From contig JBAYKK010000005.1 in the NCBI GenBank assembly GCA_041664625.1, positions 1 through 56,792 of the forward strand: a stretch of 56,792 nucleotides of DNA. The letters run 5' to 3'. A program made the translations under genes and the position numbers. The stretch's first letter is position 1. Each line of letters begins with the position of its first letter. Shown piece after piece: positions 26,175-36,332 of the stretch. The notes under the pieces are model-generated. The model saw only the letters and a list, made by a program, of their open reading frames with translations. It made no database searches and was not told the origin of the DNA. This DNA comes from Minisyncoccota bacterium. Lineage in GTDB: Bacteria > Patescibacteriota > Minisyncoccia > Phycocordibacterales > WO2-35-19.

Positions 26175-26783
26175 TTAATTAGCTTTGAGGGATTCATTTA
26201 TGAGAGCGATCATCCTTGACCTCTTGGGAGAGATCGCTTCTAGTGATTCGATAGTTATCTCTGACGATGATATCGGCACAGAAAGTTCTGGGTCATGTCT
26301 CATATAACCCAAAACATGCAAAATGCGAAGCAGGGTTAAACATTCTGCCAAAACTATATCTTGTGATTTGGCTTTTTCTAAAAAATTAAAAAAATTGCAA
26401 ACAATATTAAAAACTCCCGACTTCGCCTCAAGCTTCGTCGTGGCAAGGGAAATATAAGACTCTTCAGAAACCAACTTTTTAACCAGATTTAAAATATTAC
26501 CAACCATCTTCAACTTTTCTGGAGAATTTTTGAATACTTCAAACAAATTTTTTTCAGACCTACTACTTACCACTTTCCAACCGGTTTTACCATGAATCAA
26601 AGAAAACTCCCCCAATGAAAAATCTTGGCAACCACCTCGCAATTTGGAATGTAAATTCCTAGCCCCTTGCACCTTGGCATTTATAAGGCCAAAATTTTCA
26701 GTAAATACATTTACTAATTTATTACTATCGCCCTCAGCGCGACTAGAAACTACGATGCCTTTAGTGTGGTGTTTGTGATACAT
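26175..26783 (-). CDS. recO: DNA repair protein RecO
   Basis: TKGIVVSSRAEGDSNKLVNVFTENFGLINAKVQGARNLHSKLRG OB-fold. Confidence 0.85.
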   Translation of the reverse strand: MYHKHHTKGIVVSSRAEGDSNKLVNVFTENFGLINAKVQGARNLHSKLRGGCQDFSLGEFSLIHGKTGWKVVSSRSEKNLFEVFKNSPEKLKMVGNILNLVKKLVSEESYISLATTKLEAKSGVFNIVCNFFNFLEKAKSQDIVLAECLTLLRILHVLGYMRHDPELSVPISSSEITIESLEAISPKRSRMIALINESLKAN

Positions 26784-26905
26784 CCAGTAGTGAAAAATGA
26801 CATTGCTCTAAAAAGAGCTGACCACTTTTTTATTAAAATAATTATTAAATTTAAATTTTTTCATAGACCCTATACTGCTCAGTACATTTTTGATGTCATT
26901 TTCTA

Positions 26906-29900
26906 CTACTGGATACATATTTTAAAAGTCATATTTTCTATCTCTATTTGTTCACCGTCATTATTTTCAAAAACAAAATTGCTTACATTGGTTGGTTTTT
27001 TGATTTCAGAAGCCATTGAATTCAAAAATTCTTTGCCTGTACCATCGGTTTCAACCAAAAGTTCCACCGTGTCACTCGGTACCAAATTTTTATTTTTCCT
27101 GAGTTCTTGGATAGCTCTGATGAATCCTCTGGCATTCCCCTCTTTTTGCAATTCTGGAGTGATCTCAGTATCGAGTTCTAATTCTTGTTCTAAGTTTTCA
27201 TCAAAAATTATTTCTTTGATATTTATCTCGTCTTTGATCAAATCTAGATATTCTTCTTTATCTTTCAATTTTAAATCTTTAATTTTCAATTTACTAAGCG
27301 GTTGTCTCACTTTTATATTGGCAGTCATCCTTTTTTCTAAAGCCAAGGACACGACACTCCTGACCTCGGCCATATTTTGTAAAATCTCATTATCAATTTT
27401 TATTTCATTCAAATCAGACCAATTTTCCAAATGTACGCTCTGTTGACTAGACTTTATTTTTAGCGATTGAAAAATATCCTCCGCCAAAAACGGCATTATC
27501 GGAGCTATTATTTTAGAAAGTTCAAGTAAAACGAAATGCATAGTTTCAGAAACCATTTTTCTTTCTTTCTCGGTTTCAGATTTAAATCGATCTCTTGATC
27601 TACGCAAATACCAAGTTGATAAATCGTCAATAAAACTTCGCACTGGTCGGCCCGATTTTAAAGTATTGTATTGCTCCAAACCTTCAGTTACTTCAGTATG
27701 TAATTCTTTTAATCTAATTAAAATCCATTTATCTAAAATATTATCTGATTTTTTGAACTCCACAAAATCTGTCTTATAAGAAGAATAAAAAGAAACCACA
27801 TTGAGCAAAATATTTATCATTCTTTGATATATTTCTTTAACATTTTCATCTTTGAAATTTAAATCCTCAGCCTGCATCACTACTGAAGTCATCATATAAA
27901 ACCGCAAAGCATCAGCTCCATACTTATCAATAATAATCAAAGGGTCGGTGTAGTTGTTTTTGGACTTGCTCATTTTTTCACCATCTGCCGCTAAGATAGT
28001 GCCAGTGGTTACCACATTTTTAAAAGATTCACTCTTAAAAAGAGCTGTCGATATAACATGCATATAATAAAACCAAGTCCGAGTCTGAGCTATATATTCA
28101 GCTATAAAATCTCCAGGAAAACGAGCTTCAAAATTTTCTTTGTTTTCAAAAGGATAGTGCCATTCGGAAAATGGCATAGAGCCTGATTCAACCCAACAAT
28201 CTATTACTTCTGGTATTCTCTTCAAATTGAACCCGTCCTCATCCGCTAATTCAATTTCATCAATATAAGGCCGATGCAAATCTAACTCATAATTTTCATT
28301 GTGAGGCAAAGGTACAAAATCAAGCTCACCAAATTCAGCAAAGCCAGATTTGTATAAATTTTTTTCTTTGATCTCAATCGATTTTTTTAAGTCCGCCCCC
28401 TGAGCCACCATATGCATAGCAGCGATCGGACCATCATGACTCACCAAAAGAATATTTTTACCTGCATATTTATTTTCTAAATCATACAAGAAACTTCCAA
28501 CTCTTTTGTTGAGATCGAGCAAGTTTTCACCACCATCGGGAGATTTTTCAAATCTTTCTTTGGTGTTGGCAAACAATTTCCAATACTCATCCCATTTTTT
28601 GCCTTCAAAATTTGGGCCTTTTTTGAATTCTCCCAGCATTTCATCTATCACAACAGCTTCTGCTTTTAATCCTAAAGTTTCTCTGACAATTTCGGTCGTC
28701 TCCAAACATCTGGTGAAAGGTGAAGTGATTATCAAATCAATTTTTTTATTTTTTATATCTAAACTAGACATACTGACTTGTTTTTTGCCTTCCGTCGTCA
28801 AATGATAAATGTTTTTTGGATCAGTATTTATCAAATCTCCAATATTTTGTTCAGCTTCGCCGTGTCGCATAGTGAAATATTTGTTACCAGATTTTTTGGT
28901 GTATTTTTTGAGTTCGGCAACTGAACCAATGACTTTTATTTCCTTAGTTTTTTCATTTCTCCAAATAGGTAAAGGCGAGGCCCAAAATCGATTTCGACTA
29001 ATAGTCCAATCTGGTGCGCTTTCCATAATGCTTTGAAATCGGCCATGTTTTAAATGCTCTGGCACCCAATTTATATTTTCATTTTTTGAAAGCATCTCAT
29101 TTTTTATTTTTTGCACATCAATAAACCAACTTGAAAGAGCGTTATAAATTAGCGGTGTACCACAACGATAACAATGAGGGTAAGAGTGAGTATTTGGCGC
29201 TTTAGCAAACAAAAGCCCACGGTTTTGTAAGTCTTCTTTTATTAAACTCTCGGCTTTTTTTATATAAACCCCGCGTACAAATTCTGGAGCATCATTATTG
29301 AAATTACCATTAGGTAGAAGTAGGGGCACCATCGGCAAATCATTTTTCAAACCGAGTTGATAATCGTCTTCACCATAAATAACTGCGGTATGAACCACTC
29401 CTGTACCATCTTCAGTCGTCACGAAGTCAGCCGGCACAACAAGCCATGCTTTTTTGTTGGTAGCTCTAACTGCCGGCAAATCATACAGCGGCTCGTACTC
29501 CAAACCGACTAGACTCTCCCCTTTCATTTCTTTAATTATTTTATATTCATCGTCCCCAAAAACTGCCTCCAACCTACTCTTCGCCAATATAAAATGCACC
29601 AAATCACCCACTCCCATATCCTTTTTTTCAATCAAAACATAATCAATTTCTGGACCAACCGCCAAAGCTACATTGGCCGGCAAAGTCCATGGGGTAGTAG
29701 TCCACGCCAATATAGAAATATTTTTTGGCAAATTATTCTTATCAGGATTTTTTATTTTAAATTCAAGAATTACCGCCTCTTCAGTCACGTCTTTATAAGA
29801 ATTATCCATAGCAATCTCGGCTCGAGCGAGTGGAGTTTCGCAACGTGGACAATAAAGTAAAACTTTTCGTCCTTCGTAGAGCATTCCCTTTTTGTGAATT

Positions 29901-30412
29901 TGAGATAAAGCCCACCAAACACTTTCAGTATAGTTGGTGTCCATAGTCTTATAGGAATTATCAAAATCTACCCAACGACCAAGTCGATCAATATATTTTT
30001 TCCAATCATTAACATAAGTTAAAACTTGGGACCGACATTCTTGGTTAAATTTCCCTATACCTAAAGTCTCGATATCTTTTTTGTGTTTTAGACCAAGTTT
30101 TTTTTCTACAATATTTTCTACGGGTAGACCATGGCAATCCCAACCCCAAACTCGGCGGACGTGGTAGCCCTTCATGGTTTTATAACGAGGAAAAAGATCT
30201 TTGGCAGTGGAGCCCAACAAATGCCCATAATGAGGCAAGCCAGTAGCAAAAGGCGGCCCATCATAAAAAACAAACTCACCTTTTGGTGATGGTTTTTCAA
30301 GTGATTTTTCAAATATTTTATTGTCTTGCCAAAATTTGAGAATTTCTTCTTCTCTTTCAGCGATTTTTGCTTTGCCCGTTATTTCCTTAGTATTTTTATT
30401 TTCTTCTGCCAT
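26906..30412 (-). CDS. ileS: Isoleucine--tRNA ligase with inserted histidine-phosphatase domain
   Basis: DGPPFATGLPHYGH, GWDCHGLP, WTTTPWTLP, DWTISRNRFW, KMSKS; insert with RHGE...SPFTRCLET...VSHDG. Confidence 0.96.
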   Translation of the reverse strand: MAEENKNTKEITGKAKIAEREEEILKFWQDNKIFEKSLEKPSPKGEFVFYDGPPFATGLPHYGHLLGSTAKDLFPRYKTMKGYHVRRVWGWDCHGLPVENIVEKKLGLKHKKDIETLGIGKFNQECRSQVLTYVNDWKKYIDRLGRWVDFDNSYKTMDTNYTESVWWALSQIHKKGMLYEGRKVLLYCPRCETPLARAEIAMDNSYKDVTEEAVILEFKIKNPDKNNLPKNISILAWTTTPWTLPANVALAVGPEIDYVLIEKKDMGVGDLVHFILAKSRLEAVFGDDEYKIIKEMKGESLVGLEYEPLYDLPAVRATNKKAWLVVPADFVTTEDGTGVVHTAVIYGEDDYQLGLKNDLPMVPLLLPNGNFNNDAPEFVRGVYIKKAESLIKEDLQNRGLLFAKAPNTHSYPHCYRCGTPLIYNALSSWFIDVQKIKNEMLSKNENINWVPEHLKHGRFQSIMESAPDWTISRNRFWASPLPIWRNEKTKEIKVIGSVAELKKYTKKSGNKYFTMRHGEAEQNIGDLINTDPKNIYHLTTEGKKQVSMSSLDIKNKKIDLIITSPFTRCLETTEIVRETLGLKAEAVVIDEMLGEFKKGPNFEGKKWDEYWKLFANTKERFEKSPDGGENLLDLNKRVGSFLYDLENKYAGKNILLVSHDGPIAAMHMVAQGADLKKSIEIKEKNLYKSGFAEFGELDFVPLPHNENYELDLHRPYIDEIELADEDGFNLKRIPEVIDCWVESGSMPFSEWHYPFENKENFEARFPGDFIAEYIAQTRTWFYYMHVISTALFKSESFKNVVTTGTILAADGEKMSKSKNNYTDPLIIIDKYGADALRFYMMTSVVMQAEDLNFKDENVKEIYQRMINILLNVVSFYSSYKTDFVEFKKSDNILDKWILIRLKELHTEVTEGLEQYNTLKSGRPVRSFIDDLSTWYLRRSRDRFKSETEKERKMVSETMHFVLLELSKIIAPIMPFLAEDIFQSLKIKSSQQSVHLENWSDLNEIKIDNEILQNMAEVRSVVSLALEKRMTANIKVRQPLSKLKIKDLKLKDKEEYLDLIKDEINIKEIIFDENLEQELELDTEITPELQKEGNARGFIRAIQELRKNKNLVPSDTVELLVETDGTGKEFLNSMASEIKKPTNVSNFVFENNDGEQIEIENMTFKICIQ

Positions 30413-30416
30413 AAAC

Positions 30417-31259
30417 TTATCTTACCAGTTTTCCGCCATTTTTCAATTTTGAAAGAGCGTTTTCAAACTCTAAAGGTAAAGGTGATTCTACCGTCAACTG
30501 AGTGTGGTCAGGTAATTCTAGTTTTATAGAAAAAGCATGCAAAGCCAATCGTTCAAACCCTAAGTTTGCCTCTTCAGTTCCCCCCTTAATGTAAGGGGGG
30601 TTAGGGGGGTTATTTTTTCCGTAAAGTTTATCGCAAAGCACCGGATGTGAGATTGATTTCAGATGTACCCTGATCTGGTGGGTGCGACCGGTTTTGGGTT
30701 TAACTTCTAAATAGGCAAACTCTTCTACCTCTTTTCCTTCTTTACCCCTCTTAATATAAGAGGGGTCGACGCGTAGCGCGGGGGCGTTATTTGTTTGAGC
30801 AAGCACTTTATATTCTGTCACCGCTTCTCGCAATTCCCCTTTGGCACCATGTTCGGCCGACCATTTCCTGAAATCACTGGCACTTCTACCGATTGGTTTA
30901 TTTATAACCCCCTCCATTTTATCTTCCGAAAAATTACCCCAAACCACAGCATTATAAATTTTTTGGACTTCTCTATTTTGAAATTGTTCTTTCAAAAAAG
31001 CATGCGACTCTTTGGTTTTGGCCACCAAGATCACTCCACTAGTGTCTTTATCGAGGCGATGCACTATTCCTGGTCGTTTTATAATTTCATTATTTTGTAA
31101 AATCTGCTCTTCCCCTACTTCTTTCAAGTCAGGGTAATTTGAGTTTATCCAATCCACCAAAGTTTCTTCTGTTCTTCGGCCGTCACTATGCACCAAAAGA
31201 CCCGATGGTTTATCCAAGGCTAAGATGTATTGGTCTTCATATAAGGTATTTATTTCCAT
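30417..31259 (-). CDS. RluA/RluD family pseudouridine synthase
   Basis: GIVHRLDKDTSG, KTGRTHQIRVHL, LHA. Confidence 0.95.
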   Translation of the reverse strand: MEINTLYEDQYILALDKPSGLLVHSDGRRTEETLVDWINSNYPDLKEVGEEQILQNNEIIKRPGIVHRLDKDTSGVILVAKTKESHAFLKEQFQNREVQKIYNAVVWGNFSEDKMEGVINKPIGRSASDFRKWSAEHGAKGELREAVTEYKVLAQTNNAPALRVDPSYIKRGKEGKEVEEFAYLEVKPKTGRTHQIRVHLKSISHPVLCDKLYGKNNPPNPPYIKGGTEEANLGFERLALHAFSIKLELPDHTQLTVESPLPLEFENALSKLKNGGKLVR

Positions 31260-31303
31260 AACCTTAACTATGCCATAAAAACATATTATGGTATATTATT
31301 TCT

Positions 31304-31379
31304 GCGCGGTTAGCTCAGTTGGTAGAGCAACTCATTTACACTGAGAAGGTCGTGGGTTCAAGTCCCTCACCGCGCACCA
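31304..31379 (+). tRNA. tRNA-Val(TAC)
   Basis: GCGCGGT/ACCGCGC acceptor, loop TT-TAC-AC, GGTTCAAGTCC, encoded CCA. Confidence 0.95.
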
Positions 31380-31380
31380 C

Positions 31381-31452
31381 GCTCCCGTAGTTCAATGGAT
31401 AGAACAAAGCTCTTCTAAGGCTTTGATGTAGGTCCGATTCCTGCCGGGAGCA
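31381..31452 (+). tRNA. tRNA-Arg(TCT)
   Basis: GCTCCCG/CGGGAGC acceptor, loop CT-TCT-AA. Confidence 0.92.
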
Positions 31453-31457
31453 CAAAT

Positions 31458-31763
31458 TTACATCGACGGATCTCTAGGCAAAGAAATTTCTTTGTTTATA
31501 TAAACATTTCTTTTTTCAATAGCATTTTTTAGTTTGTCTACATTTATCAGATTTTCATAATTTTCAACAGATCCTGATTTTTTATAACTCTCAAAATATT
31601 GAGCATAGAAAAGTTTTAGACCAATAAAAGTAACGACTAAGAAAATCACAAAAAATACACCCAAGCTTAAAAGCCAATACGAATCAACATCAAGAATATT
31701 TGCTCTTAAAGACTTGAGAGTTGGAACACTTTTCTTTTTAAGTTTTAAAAGATTAAATTTCAT
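31458..31763 (-). CDS. Single-TM hypothetical protein at the end of the pilM/N/O-like cluster
   Basis: ORF with one TM, overlapping the upstream stop. Confidence 0.7.
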   Translation of the reverse strand: MKFNLLKLKKKSVPTLKSLRANILDVDSYWLLSLGVFFVIFLVVTFIGLKLFYAQYFESYKKSGSVENYENLINVDKLKNAIEKRNVYINKEISLPRDPSM

Positions 31764-32284
31764 TTTTCTCTAAAAATAACAAATTCAACAAAACCAGACC
31801 AACCACCAGAAGATGATGTATCTAAACTGACATTTTTAATCAAAACCCCAAAAGGCATTTTCTTTAACCTATCCAAAAAATAAACCGTATTTTTCCATGT
31901 ACTTTCTATCTCCATTTTTACTTTCACATCTTCTTTAAAAGAATCAGCTCCAGACGTATCGATATCGATCGATGTAATCGCAAATTTTACTCCCGCATTA
32001 CGAGCAACATTTTCTATGCTCTCTATAAACTTCACCTCGTCACCTTTTTGAATGAAAAAATCTCTCAAAGCTTGAATTGGCTCTTTATTGGCTTCTGCCA
32101 ATACTTTAATTGCCAAAAGCCTTTCTTCCTTAAATGTTTCGGATTTGGAATCTCCATAAAAACTCTCTACTTTTTTTGCTTCACTGAGCACAAAAAACAA
32201 ACCTACAAAATAAAGTGCAACAACAAACAAAGCAAAAGCCTGTACAAATTTCACAGTTTTATTTTTTGGAATCCAATTATTCAT
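31760..32284 (-). CDS. PilO-like type IV pilus assembly protein
   Basis: TM, then FIESIENVARNAGV...VKMEIESTWKN..YFL.RLKKMP...IKNVSL; position after PilN-like gene. Confidence 0.7.
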   Translation of the reverse strand: MNNWIPKNKTVKFVQAFALFVVALYFVGLFFVLSEAKKVESFYGDSKSETFKEERLLAIKVLAEANKEPIQALRDFFIQKGDEVKFIESIENVARNAGVKFAITSIDIDTSGADSFKEDVKVKMEIESTWKNTVYFLDRLKKMPFGVLIKNVSLDTSSSGGWSGFVEFVIFREK

Positions 32285-32828
32285 TTTTGATAAAAATATT
32301 CATAGAGAATGGTAAATTTTTGTCTTTAGTCAAACTTGAAACTGGTACATCGACGATAAATTGAGGGTTTGTTTTTTTAAGTAGGTTTAAAAACGATATC
32401 AAAGAATCTCTGTTCGTAGATATTCCGCCAAGCAAAACGACTGTGCCAGTCTGACCATTATAATTTTGATCTCTAGTAAAAGATAATGAATTGAGTCTCA
32501 CTCCAATCGGCAGAGACTCAATAATTTTTGAAAAATATTCAACCACCGGCAAACCGTTAGTACTTGATTGAAACAAGTTTAATTTTAAATTTATTTCTTC
32601 AGGTAAATTTACAGTTTTTCTAACTGCTTCATCGTTCTTCAAACCAAAAGATAAATTACTTAAAGATGTATCAGAAAAATAAGCAGAAACCAAAAAATAA
32701 GAAGGTAGCAACATAATAAAACCCACCAAAAAAGCCGCTGCCACCAAAAGCGAAACGATAACCGTCAAACGTTCTCTTAAACCTTTTTTTAAAAATTCTT
32801 TTTCTGTTTTTGGTAAAAGATTAATCAT
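32277..32828 (-). CDS. PilN-like type IV pilus assembly protein
   Basis: MINLLP start, TM, LP.GVRLNSLSF, L.G....R..L..F...L. Confidence 0.8.
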   Translation of the reverse strand: MINLLPKTEKEFLKKGLRERLTVIVSLLVAAAFLVGFIMLLPSYFLVSAYFSDTSLSNLSFGLKNDEAVRKTVNLPEEINLKLNLFQSSTNGLPVVEYFSKIIESLPIGVRLNSLSFTRDQNYNGQTGTVVLLGGISTNRDSLISFLNLLKKTNPQFIVDVPVSSLTKDKNLPFSMNIFIKNE

Positions 32829-33784
32829 GTTATATCAGATAAAGCGGTACCAATAGCGCCCGCAAAACTCAAAGATTTTTCGAACGGAATATCTGGCGAG
32901 TACTTATCTATTTCAAAAATATTAGTCCAAACATTAGCCAGTTTAATGTTTTGAGACAAATCTTTAGAATCATTTATGGCTTCCACTACCTTTTTGGCAC
33001 TATCAAACTCGCCACAGACAAAAAAAGATTTGATGGGCTGATTTTTGCTTGTATCATATTTTAAACAATATTCTATAAATTTTTCATACTCGTCCAAAAA
33101 TTCTTTTTTGTAGTCTCCACCAAAAACACTTCTGATAGTAGAAAAGTGAACTATTTTATTCTTTATCAAATGAATTCCGATACGATTTTCTCGGGCGTGG
33201 ATAATGCAATATGTACCATAAAAGTTTTTTGGAATGATAGAATTGGCAATGGCTCCAGATTCATGAACACAACCAACCAATTCAAACCCAGCTTTATTAA
33301 GCACTTCCACAAATTTTTCTACTTCTTTTTTGACCGAAGCTACAACCACGACCGAAACATTATAACCAGATTCAGATTCAACAATTTGAGTGGGAGTAAA
33401 ATCAAAAACAGTTTCATTCAAAGAAAGTGGCACGTTTTCTTCAATCATAAACGCCACCGCCTCTTTGATATCGCCCCCAATAGTCGGTACCAAAACTGAA
33501 AACACATACGTTATTTCATCAGGTAAAGCGAAAAATACAAAAGGACAATTAAAACTTTTTCTTACTACCGCAAGTTTATCTATAACATCTTGGGTATTAA
33601 CAATGGCACCATTCAAAATAGAACCTTTGTTGAGAGGCACTACGACGCTCTTAAAACGAGGACCCACTCCTTTTTTTTCAAAATAAATAGCTTTTATACT
33701 GGTATCAGAAAAAGAAATCCCAATATGAGATGGTTTTAAAAAGATCGGGGTTGGAAAATATTTAGAGAGAAATCTAAATTTCAT
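32825..33784 (-). CDS. pilM: PilM-like type IV pilus assembly protein
   Basis: HIGISFSDTSIK, EENVPLSLNETVFDF, GAIGTAL; upstream of PilN-like gene. Confidence 0.8.
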   Translation of the reverse strand: MKFRFLSKYFPTPIFLKPSHIGISFSDTSIKAIYFEKKGVGPRFKSVVVPLNKGSILNGAIVNTQDVIDKLAVVRKSFNCPFVFFALPDEITYVFSVLVPTIGGDIKEAVAFMIEENVPLSLNETVFDFTPTQIVESESGYNVSVVVVASVKKEVEKFVEVLNKAGFELVGCVHESGAIANSIIPKNFYGTYCIIHARENRIGIHLIKNKIVHFSTIRSVFGGDYKKEFLDEYEKFIEYCLKYDTSKNQPIKSFFVCGEFDSAKKVVEAINDSKDLSQNIKLANVWTNIFEIDKYSPDIPFEKSLSFAGAIGTALSDIT

Positions 33785-33799
33785 AGCTAAATTATATCA

Positions 33800-33868
33800 C
33801 CTAGTAGTAGATTTTGGCATTGCACTTTGTGCATAAAATTTATTTTAATGCCAAAATTCACTACCAGG
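33800..33868 (+). repeat. GTAG-type REP-like palindrome, copy 4
   Basis: GTAGTAGATTTTGGCATTGCAC...AATGCCAAAATTCACTAC. Confidence 0.9.
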
Positions 33869-33882
33869 TATCATACAACTTT

Positions 33883-34263
33883 TTATTTTAATCTATCAAT
33901 ATAAGACTGGAGTATGATCGTAGCGGCCGAAGCGTCGTGCATATCATTTTTACCTTGTATAAGTTCTGCTTGCTTACTTGTCATAAATTCAGGTTCAAAA
34001 TAAATCGGCAATTTAAGTTCTTCTTCTAAACTTTTTTTAAATTCTTCTATTTCTTTCATTATTTTATTTGGTTCACCAGCAAAGTTTTTGGACTCCCCCA
34101 ACACTATCTCATCGATATTTTCTTTTTCTATTATTTTTTTAATCTCCAGCAACAAATTTTTATTATTTGAAACTACCGAATGCGGGAAAGCCATCTGACC
34201 ATTTAGATCAGAGACCGCAAGTCCCACTCTTTTGCTACCAAAATCAACGCCGAGATATTTCAT
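33883..34263 (-). CDS. ruvX: Holliday junction resolvase RuvX/YqgF
   Basis: LGVDFGSKRVGLAVSD, EFMTS, DASAATIILQSY. Confidence 0.95.
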   Translation of the reverse strand: MKYLGVDFGSKRVGLAVSDLNGQMAFPHSVVSNNKNLLLEIKKIIEKENIDEIVLGESKNFAGEPNKIMKEIEEFKKSLEEELKLPIYFEPEFMTSKQAELIQGKNDMHDASAATIILQSYIDRLK

Positions 34264-35417
34264 TTTGTTTTAAAATTCCTTATTTTTTGAGCAATAATTT
34301 TAACTACTTTTTTATCCAAAACACTAGGCAAAATTTTATTTACACTCAATTCTTTATTTTTCACACAACCGGCCAAAGTTTCGGCTACTACTATTTTTAG
34401 TTCTTCTGTGATTTTTTTGATCTTATTATCCAAAACTCCTCTAAATAATCCTGGAAAAACCAACACATTATTTATCTGATTGGGGAAATCGCTTCGGCCA
34501 GTACCGACAATGAAAGCCCCGGCCTTCTTGGCCAAATCGGGCATGATTTCTGGTACTGGGTTGGCCATAGCAAAAATTATAGCTTTTTCATTCATCAATT
34601 TTACAAACTCTGGTTTAAATATATTTGGAGCACTCACTCCTACAAAAACATCTGCGCCTTTTAAAGCATCGCCCAAATCCCCTTCTATATTTTCAAGATT
34701 GGTTATCTGGAGCATTTGTTTTTTTGTACTATTCAAATCAGTACGATTTTTAGAAACGATAGCTTTTGAATCAACTAAAATAATATTTTTCACGCCGTAT
34801 CTGATAAGCAATTTGGTAGCAGCTATACCTGCCGACCCTGCACCACAAACTACTACTTTTATTTTTCCTTTTGGTTTTTTAACTAATTTCAAACTATTTA
34901 TAAGGGCAGCCAAGATCACTATGGCTGTACCGTGCTGATCATCATGAAATACCGGGATATCCAATTCTCTGATGAGCCTTTCTTCGATTTCAAAACATCT
35001 AGGAGCCGAGATATCTTCTAGATTTATACCACCAAAAGTTGGCGCTATGTTTTTTATAGTTTTTATAATTTCTTCAGTATCTTGAGTAGCGAGGACTATA
35101 GGGTAAGCGTCGACATTGCCAAATTCTTTAAAGAGCAGGGCTTTGCCCTCCATCACCGGTAGCGCTCCGAGTGGGCCGATATTGCCAAGACCCAAAACTG
35201 CTGAACCATCAGAGACGATAGCGATAGTGTTACCTTTGATAGAATAGTCAAAAGCTTTTGAGGGTGTCTTGGCCAAAAGCAAAGAGACTTCGGCTACACC
35301 AGGCGTATAAGCTACGCTCAAATCGTCTTTATTTTTGAGAGGTGGGAATTTACTCTTGATTTCGATCTTGCCCCCAAATCGCAAATGTCTTTTCAATGAT
35401 TCCTTTTTGTAGTCCAT
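34260..35417 (-). CDS. NAD(P)-dependent malic enzyme
   Basis: AYTPGVA, DGSAVLGLGNIGP, PVMEGKA, INLEDISAP, FHDDQHGTA, GAGSAG, AMANP.PE, NQINNVL.FPG. Confidence 0.95.
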   Translation of the reverse strand: MDYKKESLKRHLRFGGKIEIKSKFPPLKNKDDLSVAYTPGVAEVSLLLAKTPSKAFDYSIKGNTIAIVSDGSAVLGLGNIGPLGALPVMEGKALLFKEFGNVDAYPIVLATQDTEEIIKTIKNIAPTFGGINLEDISAPRCFEIEERLIRELDIPVFHDDQHGTAIVILAALINSLKLVKKPKGKIKVVVCGAGSAGIAATKLLIRYGVKNIILVDSKAIVSKNRTDLNSTKKQMLQITNLENIEGDLGDALKGADVFVGVSAPNIFKPEFVKLMNEKAIIFAMANPVPEIMPDLAKKAGAFIVGTGRSDFPNQINNVLVFPGLFRGVLDNKIKKITEELKIVVAETLAGCVKNKELSVNKILPSVLDKKVVKIIAQKIRNFKTK

Positions 35418-35423
35418 ATAGTT

Positions 35424-36116
35424 TTATTTTTTAGGAATTTGTTTTATACCCCATTTAGGATTTTCTTCTATCCATTTTGAAATATCAGTCCATTTTAATC
35501 CATGAAAACCAAATTGGTTGGTATATTTGTGATCATGCCCTTCTATGGCAAATTTCTCTGCTAATTCAGGTGGAGCAAACAGTATACCAGAATCTTCCAT
35601 AAGTTTTCTCTGCCAAACACACATGACCAAGTCTTCAGGGTGAAGTTTATCAAAAGCACCTTCGTTCACCAACCGAGCAGAAGTTTCTAGAAATTTTTTG
35701 CTTCTCAAAGAAAATCCCCCATTACCCACTACTGTGGTATCAAACAAATTTCTTGGAAAATTAAACCTCTCAAACCAAAATTCGTCATGTACAAACCATG
35801 GTGCACCAATATAATCGTAATTTAAAAACTCATCAAGCCATGACTTTGGGTTTAAAATGAAACCATCATACTGAACAAGTAACACAAAATCAGTACTGAC
35901 ATATTTCACCAAATCACGAATACAAAATTCAGAAAAAGCTTCAATGGATCCAATATGGGGAATTTCCACTTTTCGGGGATCATTTGTAGGAAGTGAAGTG
36001 AGTAATTTAATTTCCCCAAATTCTATTTTTTCAGAAGAAATATCAAGGGCTTTTTGAACTCTTTCTACATTGACACAATCAATCCCAACCAGAGTAACAT
36101 TTGGCAAATTTTTCAT
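35424..36116 (-). CDS. DUF5672-like putative glycosyltransferase-fold protein
   Basis: LPNVTLVGIDC, LLVQYDGF, YDYIGAPW, VGNGGFSLRSKK, PED, FGFHG; ATG 36116 preferred. Confidence 0.8.
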   Translation of the reverse strand: MKNLPNVTLVGIDCVNVERVQKALDISSEKIEFGEIKLLTSLPTNDPRKVEIPHIGSIEAFSEFCIRDLVKYVSTDFVLLVQYDGFILNPKSWLDEFLNYDYIGAPWFVHDEFWFERFNFPRNLFDTTVVGNGGFSLRSKKFLETSARLVNEGAFDKLHPEDLVMCVWQRKLMEDSGILFAPPELAEKFAIEGHDHKYTNQFGFHGLKWTDISKWIEENPKWGIKQIPKK

Positions 36117-36332
36117 TGGCGGGGACGATGCCCGGAACTTTGAACCTAAAACACGGCTCAAATTCAAGGATCTTGATAAAAGTATACAGAAACTACGAGC
36201 TATATACAAAGTTCATCCCGAATGGTTTGAGGTACCAAAGCCTAAATTAACTAAAGGGAAAAACGAAGTGGATTATTCAATATAAAATTTCAGCAGAGAG
36301 CGCGCATCCCACTCGCTATCACGGACGATTCT

